This document shows, piece by piece, positions 10,686-22,534 of a stretch of DNA of 64,000 bases. Made by a program: the position numbers and the translations under genes. Under the pieces are notes generated by a model. It ran no database searches and was not told the DNA's origin. It was given only the letters and a program-made list of their open reading frames with translations. The first letter of the stretch is position 1. The number at the start of each line of letters is the position of its first letter. Source of the stretch: Squalus acanthias (taxonomy: Eukaryota); NCBI GenBank assembly GCA_030390025.1, contig CM059435.1, positions 53,568,001 to 53,632,000 on the forward strand. Reading direction: 5' to 3'.

Positions 10686-11822
10686 TTGCTCACAGTCATG
10701 GGGGCTGTACTGGCAGTCAACCTCGCGTTCAAGGATCTTTGGCAGAGGGAGCGGAGGCAGCAAAGAAGACAGGACGATGCGCTCAGAGGGAGGAGGAGGA
10801 GGGCCATGAGGGCTCTCAACAGGAGGTCTTACCCACCTAGGCACTTCTCCTACCTCCACTTAAGTGAAGAGCAGTGCATTAGGAGGCTGTGCTTCACCAA
10901 GGAGGTGGTCACAGAACTCTGCCACCTCCTGCAACCAGACCTGCAGCCTGACAGCAGGGTGACCACGGCTCTCCCAGTGACAGTCAAGGTCACTGTGACC
11001 CTCAATTTTTTCGGCAGCAGATCCTTCCAGTCTGCAGCAGGAGATATAGCTAACATTCAGGGAGGTCACTGAGGCTCTCCACACCAGAAGGGACTACGCT
11101 TTTGTCTTCTCTCTGAGCAGAGAGAAGCAGAATGAGTGCGCATGTGGCTTTGCCAGGATAGGGGCTTCCCCATGGTGCAGGGTGCCATTGAATGCAAACA
11201 CATGGTTTTACGGGCGTCGCATAACAATCCGGAGATCTTCTGTAACCGCAAAGGCTACCAATCGCTTAATGTGCAGGTGGTGTGCGACCACGCTCAGCGA
11301 TTCCTCAATGTCCATGCCCACTATCCTAGCAGCAGCCATAATGCCTTCATCCTACGTCAGTCCGTGTGCCAGCAATCTTCCAGCCACCACAGCAAACTTG
11401 AGGGTGGTTGCTCGGAGACAAGGGTGTCCACCTGGCTCATGACTCCTCACCGCAACCCCAACACTCGTGCTCAGCACTCGTATAATGAGAGCCTTGCTTC
11501 TTCCAGGAACATCATCGAGACCATCGGCCTACTGAAGCAACGGTTCCGCTGGCTTGACCATTCGGGAGGAGCCCTCCAGTACTCAGCGGAGCGGGTGTCC
11601 CATTTCCTGGTGGTCTGCTGCATGCTTCACAACTTGGTCATCATGAGGGCACAGCCCTTGCCACCAGGGATTGTGGGACCGCCTCAGGAGGAGGACGAGG
11701 CAGAGGAGGAAGAGGACAAGGAGCAAGAGGAAAAGGAAGAGGAGGGTGGGAGGAGGCAGGCAGCCAATCCTCCTTCCGGATGGGCTGTCAGTGAATGGCT
11801 CATCAGACTCCGATTCCAATGA
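10686..11822 (+). pseudogene. Harbinger (HARBI1-like) DDE transposase, frameshifted
   Basis: Motifs ALPVTVKVTVTLNFF, GFPMVQGAIECKH, NRKGYQSLNVQVVCD, IETIGLLKQRFR and CCMLHN, then an acidic tail. Split over several frames. Confidence 0.85.
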
Positions 11823-12039
11823 ATGAAACCTCAGATCCCCATTACTCACCACATCCCCATCATACCATCCCTGTGTCACGGAATATCACACCATCCTCCT
11901 GGGCACAAAGCTGAAATGAGGACACAACAAAAGATTACAAACAAAAATTAATAAATTTATCAAAAATCATGTCACACATATTTACAGCGCAAATATGAAC
12001 TAATCACCCTTGTGCAATCCCTTAGTGCCTGTTGTTACT

Positions 12040-14144
12040 GTGCCTTTTCCTGATCTAGTGTTCCACGAAGTGCTCCCCTAGTGGCTGCAGCACGGCTGGT
12101 GGAAGGCTGCTGAGTTTCCATGAGGGGGACTTCAGATGGCCTTGCAGGGCAACCTCGAGCAGCTCTGGCCCTTGAAGGCCCAGCTGTAGACATGGGCGGC
12201 AGCAGTCTGGACTGGCTGGCTGACCAGCAGCGGCAAGGGCAATGGCGGAGTGGCAGTAGTGGGAACAGGAATGCTGTCATTCTGAGTGAGGACAGCAGGT
12301 TCCTGCTCCACTGACCCACTGCCAGTCCCCCCGGGGCGGCACCTCAGCATTCCTAGCAATCTGTTGGAGCACAGATTGCTGGGATGCTGCGACACCCTGC
12401 AAGCCCCGGTCGGCACTCGTAAACCCAGCCACGATCGCAGCAGTCAGAGCTTGGGTGGCTTCAAGCTGAGACTGCATGAGAGCAGTCTGAGCTTCGATGG
12501 CACTAAGCAGAGACTGCATGCGAGCAGTCGGAACTTCCATTGCAGCACTAAGATGTTGGGTCACTTCCGCCTGTGCTGCAATGCCCATCATGCGGTCAAG
12601 ACGGTCTCTTTGGGAGTGTACCATCATTTCCAGCGTAGAAATCCTGGGCTCCATGCTCTGCGCAGAGCCTCGTGCAATATCGGAGGCAGACTCCTCCACG
12701 CTCAACATCGCCGATATATTCCATTTGCCATGTTCTTGCCCACTCACTTAGCCTGTCTATATCCCCTTGAAGCCTCTTTGCATCCTCCTCACAACTTACA
12801 TTCCCACCCAGCTTTGTATCATCAGCAAACTTGGATATATTACATTTGGTCCTCTCATCCAAATCATTGATATAGATTGTGAATAGCTGAGGCCCAAGCA
12901 CTGATCCTTGCGGTACCCCACTAGTTACAGCCTGCCAACCCAAAAAGTACCCTTTTATTCCTACTCTCTGTTTTCTGTCTGTTAACGAATCCTCAATCCA
13001 TGCTAATATATTACCCCCAATCCCATGAGCCCTAATTTAGTTTAATAACCTCTTGTGTGGCACCTTATCGAATGCCTTCTGAAAATCCAAATACACCACA
13101 TCCACTGGTTCGCCCTTATCTATTCTGCTAGTTGCAACCTCAAAAAACTCTAACAGATTCATCAAACATGATTTCCCTTTCATAAATCCGTGTTGACTCT
13201 GCCCAATCCTATTATTTTTTAAGTGCCCTGTTACCACATCCTTAATAATAGATTCTAGCATTTTCCCTACTACTGATGTCAGGCTAACTGGTCTGTAATT
13301 CCCCGTTTTCTCTCTTCCTCCTTTCTTAAGTGGGGTTACATTTGCTACCTTCCAATCTGCAGGAAACGTTCTAGAATCTATGGAATTTTGGAAGATGACA
13401 ACCAATGCATCCACTATCTTTATAGCCACCTCTTTTAAAACCATAGGATGTAGGCCATCAGGTCTAGGGGATTTATTGGCTTTCAGTCCCATTCATTTCT
13501 CCAGTACTATATTTTTTACTAATACTAATTAGCTGGAGAACTCACTTCTCGAGCTGGCTGAGGTCCTGCGTGTCCGCCTGGCCCTGCCTGTCTGCTGCTG
13601 CTCCCTCCGATTATGGGCCAGCTTGGCCTGCAAGAGAAAGGGAAGTGTGTGAGTGAGTGCGGTGCAATGTGTTTGGATGTTGCACCTGCCATAGTTGAAT
13701 AACTGTCAGTGTGTGCATGGTGTGAGATGTGGGTGTGAGTGTTGCAGCAGTGAGGGTGAAGTGAAGCTCTGATTGTGAGGTGTGAGTGGTGATAGGTAGA
13801 GATTGTTGGTAGGTGAGTGCTGGGGGTGTGGTGCATTGAGAAATGTGTGAGGCTTGTGGTGCAGATGGTGGGATATGGCATTTGCTGAAGCCTTCACTCA
13901 CCTTGACCACCCATGTGAGGTCATTAAACTTCTTCCTGCATTGGATGGTGGACCGTGGCACCAAAGTACTCACCGTTACATGGTCGGCTATCTCCTACCA
14001 CACAGTTTGGGAGGTATACAGCGAGTGCTTTTTGCCACTTTTGGGGTAGAGTACAGCCTGCCTCCTCTCCATGGCCACAATGAGTGCCTCCAGAGCTTCA
14101 TCGGAGAACCTCCTGGCTCTCTCCCTGTTATGACAAACTGTCAT
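12040..14144 (-). pseudogene. Harbinger Myb/SANT-like DNA-binding protein gene, decayed, with an intron
   Basis: RERARRFSDEALEALI...W...RSTIQCRKKFNDL. Donor AAG|gtgagt at 13901, acceptor cttgcag| at 13628, then AKLAHNRREQQQTG. Coiled-coil segment at 12277-12715. Confidence 0.75.
12716..13531 (-). mobile_element. Internal CR1 RT fragment inside the Harbinger element
   Basis: ORFs 13037..13492 and 12596..12943 match CR1 RT. No 3'UTR or tail. Confidence 0.88.
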
Positions 14145-14762
14145 TGCTTTCGATCCACAACTCTTGCTTGTGCTTCTCCCTCTACTTGTTGGGGCGGCTG
14201 CAGTTCCAACTGCCCTGCCAATGAGGTGCTGTAGCATCAATGCACCTCCCCTTTAAGTAGTGGAAAAAGCCTGTGGCACACATGACTGCGAATTAGACTG
14301 GACCCGATATTGGTCCACCTGTTGAGCATTAAGCCAATGAGCAGCAGTTTTAGCGCTGAAATCATGACTATAATCATGTTAATGAGGAGTGAGCACGAAT
14401 TTTGTGTGCTACCTCGACCATTTTAAGGTGGCGCAGCTTAACATCGTTTGGCTGCCCATTTTGTGGCTATGTCTGATTTCTAGGCCACACTGTCCACGAT
14501 TTTCCAAACATTTTTAATGCCATTTTTCTCTTCTCCCTCCTATATAGAATACATTGGGATATTTCATACGTTAAAGGCGCTATGTAAATACAAGTTGTTG
14601 GAAAATCACAGGCAGAGCACCCCAAATTTCAGATAAGTAGTCTTGGCGGGGAAGGCTCCTCAATGGAAGTGCAAAGTTGGAACATTACTCCTGTTGTAAG
14701 AGTTTTGTTGATTAGTATAAGAATCATTAGATTAGTGTTTGACATTTGGTCTGTGAAACATC

Positions 14763-14927
14763 GGTCTAGAAATTTGTCTTCGGCGGTGGCGCTAAACGGG
14801 CGGATTTGGATCGGCCGCCCATTATACGCAACGGCTGATGTTCAGTTACACTGCAGTCAATAGAACTGAACAGCAGGCGCTGCGTACAACGGGCGGCCCA
14901 TCCATCGCCCGAGATTCATTTCTGACC
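14763..14927. mobile_element. Hairpin MITE with Harbinger-like ends
   Basis: Termini GGTCTAGAAAT / ATTTCTGACC, ATC duplication, and a long internal palindrome centred near actgcagt. Confidence 0.7.
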
Positions 14928-16504
14928 ATCATGTTTACCAGTACTTTACGATCATTAAGGCACCGATTGTTCAGCTGTGAATGACTTGTGAAAGGAGGGC
15001 TGGAATCATCACGGACAATCTCCACTGCCTTGGCACGATAAATATCATCAGAATCATGGTGATGTTCACATCACTTCCTCAGCCCTTCGCCAATATCCTC
15101 ATCCAACATTAACACTAAATCCTGACTCTGGATCACAGCCTGAACATCAGGCCTTGGTGCCAAAATTCAGTTCTTAAGCCTGGCTGTGTGAACTTGGTCC
15201 AAAGATTGGTCTAACTTATTATATTAGATGCTTATGGTTTGCCATGACAGCCAATTTAAAAACAATAGCTGTATCTTGATTCATTTTAGTCTCTTTGACA
15301 TATGATAGAAGGTGTGGAGTGTATATATTGTGATACACAAGGTATCGCTATTGTGTGGGACAGGCTGGATGGACTAGAGGGTCTTTACCTGTCCGTCACT
15401 GTTCGTATGTTCAGCTAAGACAAATCTTCACGGTGGTTACAATCTCTGTCAGCTTTTGACAGCCTCTACATGTGATTGGAAACAAATGTTAGAGTGCTGA
15501 AATGGTACCGTGACAACAATGAAGCATTTTGTCTGAGATTTTGATTTCTTTAATTTTGTCATTGTACATTAGTGGTTAAAAACCAGCTTCACTGACCAAA
15601 ATCACACCCCCGTGTGGAAGTGCAGTTTTTGTCTCGGACAAAATGGCTTCCTTGAATTTAAACTGATATAAAATGGCCGACTTTGACTTGTTTGGAAAGC
15701 AAAGAAAAATCCATTGCTATGTTTTTCGTGAAAATAAATTTAAAGTTTTAGACTACGCTGTCAGCAAAAGTCTGCCAACACAAAAGAAAACAGGCTTAAA
15801 TTGAGATAACCAAGGGCTAGTAAAGTAAACATCCAGGGTCTTGGTCTTGGTGACAAAAGAACAAGACAGATAGACTCCATTTTCTAGGGATTAGTTAGTT
15901 TCACCGTAAGGCATTTCTTATGTGTTTTTTTTTTAATTTTTAACTTAGCTTACCTTAAACAACATGTCATGTGATTGTATTATCAGTGTCTAAGAATACT
16001 CCATTTTCTGTTTTTTGGCAGTCTGTCATCATAGCTAATTGGGCTATGGTTGCAGTCTCCTTGCAAGTAAAATATAATAAACAGCCTTCTTTGACGATAT
16101 TGTTTTAAGAGTCTTACTCGGAAGTCAAAACTTCGACACCCGCCCAACTGGATACAATCCTCGCAACAATGAGTCAGTTTGTCTGATGGAGGAGCCAAGC
16201 CATTCTATTCAAATACAAACATCTTTTGGGAGTTGTTCAAATATGTTTTTGATTCACAATCTTTAAAAAAAAATGAACAGAAAGTTATTTAAGTGAACTT
16301 GGTCCAGGTCATTATTTTGGAAAGTATTTATCAGCCTGTCTTTTTTAAATCAGTGAGTCTATCTGTGGCCTTCTAAGAGAGATAATAAAGCCAGGTAGCT
16401 TCTGTAAATACAAAAAGAAAATACTGCAGATTCTGGAAATCTGAAAAACAGAAAATGTTGGAGATACTCAGCAGGTCAGGCAGCATTTGTGAAGAGAGAA
16501 ACAG

Positions 16505-16541
16505 AGTTAACATTTCAGGTCGATGACCTTTCGTCAGAACT
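16505..16541 (-). ncRNA. Minimal hammerhead ribozyme motif (Penelope-associated)
   Basis: agtt-CTGACGA-a-aggtc/gacct stem-GAAA-tg-tt-aact on the minus strand. Confidence 0.6.
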
Positions 16542-18140
16542 GGAAAAAAGCAGGAAATGGAACAGATTTTTAAGCAAGTGTAGGAGCTGGGAAAGGGGGG
16601 AGGGGATGAAAGAACAAAAGGGAAAGTCTGTGATAGGATAGAAGGCAGGAGAGGTTAAGAGACATTAAGAGATATTCAAGGCAAAAGGAGATGGTAATGG
16701 GACAGGTTAAGAAACAAAAGATGGCTCTAGATGAAGTGAAATTGCGCTGGCAGAATGAAAGACAGCTGCCATGTGGGAGAGAAGAAAAGAAAACACAAAC
16801 AAAAAAAAAGTGTGGAAAAATATATATATGATAGGGGCAGAGGTTATGATCTGAAATTGTTGAACTCTATGTTGAGTCCAGAAGGCTGTAAAGTGCCTAA
16901 TTGAAAGATGAGGTGCTGTTCCTCGAGCTTACGTTGAGCTTCAGTGGAACAGTGTAATAGGCCGAGGACAGTGAGGTCTGAGTGGGAGTGGAGCGGAGAA
17001 TTAAAGTGACAGGTGACCGGAAGCTTGGGGTCCCCCTTAAGGACTGAACGGAGGTGTTCCGCAAAGCGGTCACCCAATCTGTGTTTGGTCTCCCCAATGT
17101 AGAGGAGACCGCATCGTGAGCAGCGAATACAGTATACTAAATTGCAAGAAGTACAAGTAAATCGCTGTTTCACCTGGAAGGGGTATTTGGGGCCCTGGAC
17201 AGTGGGAAGGGGGGAGGTATAAGGGCATGTGTTGCATCTCCTGCGCTTGCACGGGAAGGTGCCGGGCGAAGGGGAAGGGGTGTTGGGGGTGATAGAGGAG
17301 TGGGCCAGGGTGTCACGGAGGGAGCGGTCCCTTTGGAATGCTGAAAGGGGAGGTGAGGGGAAGATGTGTTTGGTGGTGGGATCACGCTGGAGGTGGCGGA
17401 AATGGCAGAGGATGATCCGTTGAATGTGGAGGCTGGTGGGCTGAAAGGTGAGGACAAGGGGAACCCTATTGTGGTTCCAGGAGGGAGGGGCAGGGATGAG
17501 GGCAGAAGTGTGGGAGATAGAACGGACACAGTCAAGGGCCGTGTCAACCACAGTAGAGGGGAATCCTCGGTTGAGGAAATAGGAAGACATGTCGGAAGCG
17601 CTGGTATGGAAGGTGGCATCGTCAGAGCAGATGCGGGGGAGACGGAGAAACTGGGAGAATGGAATAGCATCCTTACAGGAAGCGGGGTGTGAGGAAGTGT
17701 AGTCCAGGTAGCTGTGGGAATCAGTGGGCTTGTAGTGAATGTTTGTCAATAACCTATCCCCAGAGATGGAGACGGAGAAGTCGAGGAAGGGAAGGGAAGA
17801 GTCGGAGATGGACCATGTGAAGGTGAGGGAAGGGTGGAAATTGGAAGCAAAGTGAATGAAATTTTCTAGTTCAGGACGAGAGCAGGAAACGGCACTGATA
17901 CAGTCATCAATGTACCGGAAAAAGAGGTGAGGGAGGGGACCTGAGTAGGATTGGTACAAAGAATATTTCCACATATCCCACGAAAAGGCAGGCATAGCTA
18001 GGGCCCATGCGGGTCCCCATAGCAACACCCTTAATTTGGAGGAAGTGAGTGGAGTCAAAGGAGAAGTTGTTCAATGTGAGAACAAGTTCAGCCAGGCGGA
18101 GGAGGGCTGTGGTGGATGGGGACTGGTTGGGCCTTTGTTC

Positions 18141-19158
18141 TGTGACTGGAAGCCTGTGTCCAGTGGTGTACCGCAGGGATCGGTGCTGGGTCCCTTGCTG
18201 TTTGTAGTGTACATTAATGATTTAGATATGAATGTAGGAGGTATGATCAGTAAGTTCGCAGATGACACGAAAATTGGTGGAGTGGTAAATAGCGAGGAGG
18301 GAAGCCTCAGGCTACAGGACGATATAGACGGGTTGGTCAGATGGGCAGAACAGTGGCAAATGGAATTTAACCCTGAAAAGTGTGAGGTGATGCATTTTGG
18401 GAGGACTAACAAGGCAAGGGAATACACAATGAATGGTAGGACCCTAGGAAGGACAGAGGATCAGAGGGACCTTGGTGTGCATGTACATAGATCCCTGAAG
18501 GCAGCAGGACAGGTAGATAAGGTGGTTAAAAAGGCATATGGGATACTTGCCTTCATTAGCCGAGGCATAGAATATAAGAGCAGGGAGGTTATGATGGAGC
18601 TGTACAAAATGCTAGTTAGGCCACAGCTGGAATACTGTGTGCAGTTTTGGTCGCCACACTCTAGGAAGGATGTGATTGCATTGGAGAGGGTGCAGAGGAG
18701 ATTCACCAGGATGTTACCTGGTCTGGAGCACTTCAGCTATGAAGAGAGACTGGACAGGCTGGGGTTGTTTTCCTTAGAGCAGAGAAGGCTGAGGGGGGAC
18801 CTGATTGAGGTGTACAAAATTATGAGGGGCGTAGATAGAAAGCAACTTTTCCCCTTAGTAGAGGGGTCAATAACCAGGGGGCATAGTTTCAAGGTAAGGG
18901 GCAGGAGGTTTAGAGGGGATTTGAGGAAAAACTTTTTCACCCAGAGGGTGGTTGGAATCTGGAACTCACTGCCTGAAAGGGTGGTAGAGGCAGGAACCCT
19001 CACAACATTCAAGAAGCATTTAGATGAGCACTTGAAACACCATAGCATACAAGGCTACGGACCAAGTGCTGGAAAATGGGATTAGAATAGACAGGGCTTG
19101 ATGGCCGCGCAGACACGATGGGCCGAAGGGCCTCTTTCTGTACTGTATAACTCTATGG
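18141..19158 (+). mobile_element. 5'-truncated CR1 LINE inserted in the Penelope element
   Basis: RT C-terminal half ([14 protein letters not shown]) and a 3'UTR ending ctgtataactctatg. Confidence 0.9.
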
Positions 19159-19345
19159 CTCAAGGAAGAAGTGGAGCGCCCTCAGGCCATCCTGGTGGGG
19201 GATGGAGGTGTAGAGGGATTGTACGTCCATAGTGAAAATGGTGAGAGAAGGAGAAGAATAACTACATAAGAATATTACTTATATCATAGTTTAACACAGC
19301 AGTTGCAAGCTATTTATTATTTTCTACTACAAAAGGAGCTAGCTA

Positions 19346-21350
19346 AGAACATACATAAGAACATAAGATGTAGGAGCAGGAGTAGGTCATTTGGCCCCTT
19401 GAGCCTGCTCCGCCATTCAATAAGATCATGGCTGATCTGATCTTGGCCTCAACTCTGCTTCCCTGCCCGCTCCCCATAACCCTTGATTCCCTTATCGTTC
19501 AAAAATCTGTCTATCTCCACCTTAAATATATTCAATGACTCAGCCTCCACTGCTCGCTGGGGAAGAGAATTCCAAAGATTCTCGACCCTCTGAGAGAAGA
19601 AATTCCTCCTAATTTCCATTTTAAATGGGTGCCCCCTTATTCTGAAATTATGCCCCCTAGTTCTAGATTCCCCCACGAGGGGAAACATCCTCTCTGCATC
19701 TACCCTGTCAAGCCCCTTCAGAACCTTATATGTTTCAATAAGATCCCCTCTCATTCTTCTAAACTCCAATGAGTATAGGCCCAACCTGCTCAACCTTTCT
19801 TCATAAGACAACCCCTTCATCTCCGGTATCAACCTTGTTAACCTTCTCTGAACTGCCTCCAATGCAAGTATATCCTTCCTTAAATAAGGAGACCAAAACT
19901 GTACGCTGTACTCCAGGTGTGGTCTCACCAACGCCCTGTACAGTTGTAACAGGACTTCCCTACTTTTATACTCCATTCCCTTTGCAATAAAGGCCAACAC
20001 TCCATTTGCCTTCCTAATTACTTGCTGTACCTGCATGCTAACTTTTTGTGATTCATGTACAAGGACCCTCAGATCCCTCTGTACCTCAGCATATTGTAAT
20101 CTCTCCCCATTTAAATAATAATTTGCTTTTTTATTCTTCCTACCAAAGTGGATAACCTCGCATTTTCCCACATTAAACTCCATCTGCCAGATTTTTGCCC
20201 ATTCACTTAGCCTATCTATATCCCTTTGGAGATTCTTTGCGTCCTCCACACAATTTGCTTTCCCACCTATCTTTGTATCATCAGCAAATTTGGCTACATT
20301 ACACTCGGTCCCTTCATCCAAGTCATTAATATAGATTGTAAATAGTTGAGGCCCCAGCACTGATCCCTGCGGCACCCCACTAGTTACAGTTTGCCAACCT
20401 GAAAATGACCCATTTATCCCGACTCTCTGTTTTCTGTTAGTTAGCCAATCCTCTATCCTTGCTAATATATTACCCCCAACCCCGTGAGCTCTTATCTTTT
20501 GCAGTAACCTTTTATGTGGCACCTTATCGAATGCCTTCTGGAAATCCAAATACCCGACATCTACTGGTTCCCCTTTATCTACCCTACTCGTTACATCCTC
20601 AAAGAACTCCAGCAAATTTGTCAAACATGATTTCCCTTTCATAAAACCATGCTGACTCTGCTTGACTATATTATGATTTTCTAAATGTCCTGCTATCACT
20701 TCCTTAATGATGGACTCCAGCATTTTCCCAATGACAAATGTTAGGCTAACTGGTCTATAGTTGCCTGCTTTCTGTCTCCCTCCTTTCTTAAACAGGGGCG
20801 TTACATTTGCGGTTTTCCAGTCCGCTGGAACCTCTCCAGAATCCAGGGAATTTTGGTAGATTACAACCAATGCATCCACTATCTCTGCAGCCACCTCTTT
20901 TAAGACCCTAGGATGCAGGCCATCGGGTCCAGGGGACTTGTCCACCTTTAGTCCCATTAGTTTGCCGGGTACTTTTTCTCTAGTGATAGTGATTGTTTTA
21001 AGTCCCCCCCCCCCCACCCCAATAGCCCCTTTATTATCCATTATTGGGATGTTTTTAGTGTCTTCTACTGTGAAGACTGATACAAAATATTTGTTCAAAG
21101 TCTCTGCCATTTCCCTGTTTCCATTTATTAATTCCCCAGACTCATCCTCTAGGGGCCGAATGTTTACTTTAGCTACTCTCTTCCTTTTTATATACCTGTA
21201 GAAGCTCTTACTGTCTGTTTTTATATTTCTTGCTAGCTTACTCTCATAAGCTATCTTCTCTCTCTTTATCATTTTTTTAGTCGTCCTTTGCTGGTTTTTA
21301 AAAATTTCCCAATCCTCTGGCCTTCCACTATTCTTCACAACATTGTAAGC
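19346..21350 (-). mobile_element. 5'-truncated CR1 LINE with open RT frame
   Basis: Uninterrupted 629-aa ORF 19449..21338 and a 3' tail (tcttatgt)n. Confidence 0.92.
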
Positions 21351-21875
21351 TTAACGATTATAAAAAATATATATGTTGCATTACTGCTACTATTTGTTTA
21401 TACTTTTATTATTTAATACATTTGTTTGGCACTTTAAGTCAAAGTCCAGTGTAGTATTATTCTGCTATCTTCTGACGACATGGAGCATCACATGAGGGCA
21501 TGCGGCAAACCAGTAGCTGAAATAAACTGAGGAGGGTTTTCTGTTCGATCCCTGGGCATGCTACTTGACCGAGGAATCAGGGCAAGTGAAAACACTCCCT
21601 GGGACATAGAGATTTAGGGCTCACTGATGAGAGTAGTCTGAGAGATGGAAGCCAAAAATAAATCCACAGTAAGAAAGAATAAAGACGCACCAAAATCGTA
21701 ACATATCTCTATGGTAACCATGCCACCTGCCAGCAATGCAGTGCCTCCAACTCTAAGACATACAAAGTGAACAACTGCATCAATGTCCAGTATTGTTGCT
21801 TCATGTGCTCTTCTGATTCCTCCCTTTTCACACAGAAGCAGGCAAGCGCATCCCCAAACCTGGCTCTTCAACTTT

Positions 21876-22336
21876 GCTCAGCCTTGATAGCACTTTCGCC
21901 TGAGTCAGAAGGTCATGGGTTCAAGTCCCATTACAGAGACTTGAGAACATAATCCAGGCTGACACTTCAGTGCAGTGCTGAGGGAGCGCTGCACTGTCGG
22001 AGGTCCCGTCTTTTGGATGAGACGTTAAACTGAGGCCCCGTCTGCTCCCTCAGGTGGATGTAAAAGATCCCACGGCACATTTGGAAGAAGCGCAGAGGAG
22101 TTCTCCCCAGTGCCCTGGCCAATATTTATCCCTCAACCAACATCACTAAAAACAGATTATCTGATCAGTTATCTCAGTGATGTTTGTGGGAGCTTGCTGT
22201 GCGCAAATTGGCTACCACGTTTGCCTACATTACAACAGAGACTACGCTTCAAAAAGTACTTTATTGGCTGTAAATTGCTTTGGGACATCCTGAGGTCATG
22301 AAAGGTGCTATATAAATGCAAGTTCTTTCTTTTCTT
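21876..22336 (+). mobile_element. SacSINE1/DeuSINE-like tRNA-derived SINE
   Basis: tRNA-like head (gctcag...ggttcaagtccc), a central domain shared with other copies, and an L2-like tail aaggtgctatataaatgcaagttctttc. Confidence 0.75.
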
Positions 22337-22534
22337 TCTTGGGTTTATTTGCATTAAACTCTCAGATAGGTAAAGCCATCCTTCTTCGCCAGGTCACACT
22401 TTCACCTAGCTGATCCAGTTTACTCTTGAATTTATTGCTACATATACATTACGAGCAGTTTTAATATTCTCTACATCCATAAGTTTCATTGAATGATTGC
22501 TGTCAGCATGTAACCCAATTCTAGAAACTTGGAA

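Larger units (their letters stand above)
10260..14486 (+). mobile_element. PIF/Harbinger DNA transposon (decayed autonomous copy)
   Basis: 11-bp TIR GGCCTAGAAAT/ATTTCTAGGCC and a 3-bp ACA duplication. Contains a transposase on + and a convergent Myb/SANT gene on -. Confidence 0.88.
16405..19238 (-). mobile_element. Penelope-like element (RT plus GIY-YIG), 5'-truncated and interrupted by a CR1
   Basis: ORF 16844..18058 contains RYIDD, LPFLD, HYKPTDSH and NLVYCIRC..C...YIGETKHRLGDRFAEH. Resumes at about 19160 after the CR1. Confidence 0.9.

Noticed and set aside
10686-11822. Domesticated HARBI1 gene
   Set aside because: It is frameshifted, has altered catalytic motifs and lies within TIRs, so it is a transposon relic.
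15540-16265. Splice-like signals suggesting minus-strand exons (also near 25493-25590)
   Set aside because: No sustained reading frame or recognisable protein. A lncRNA cannot be supported without expression data.
18036-19085. 349-aa RT ORF with an unusual N-terminus
   Set aside because: Chance fusion of antisense Penelope sequence with an inserted, truncated CR1.
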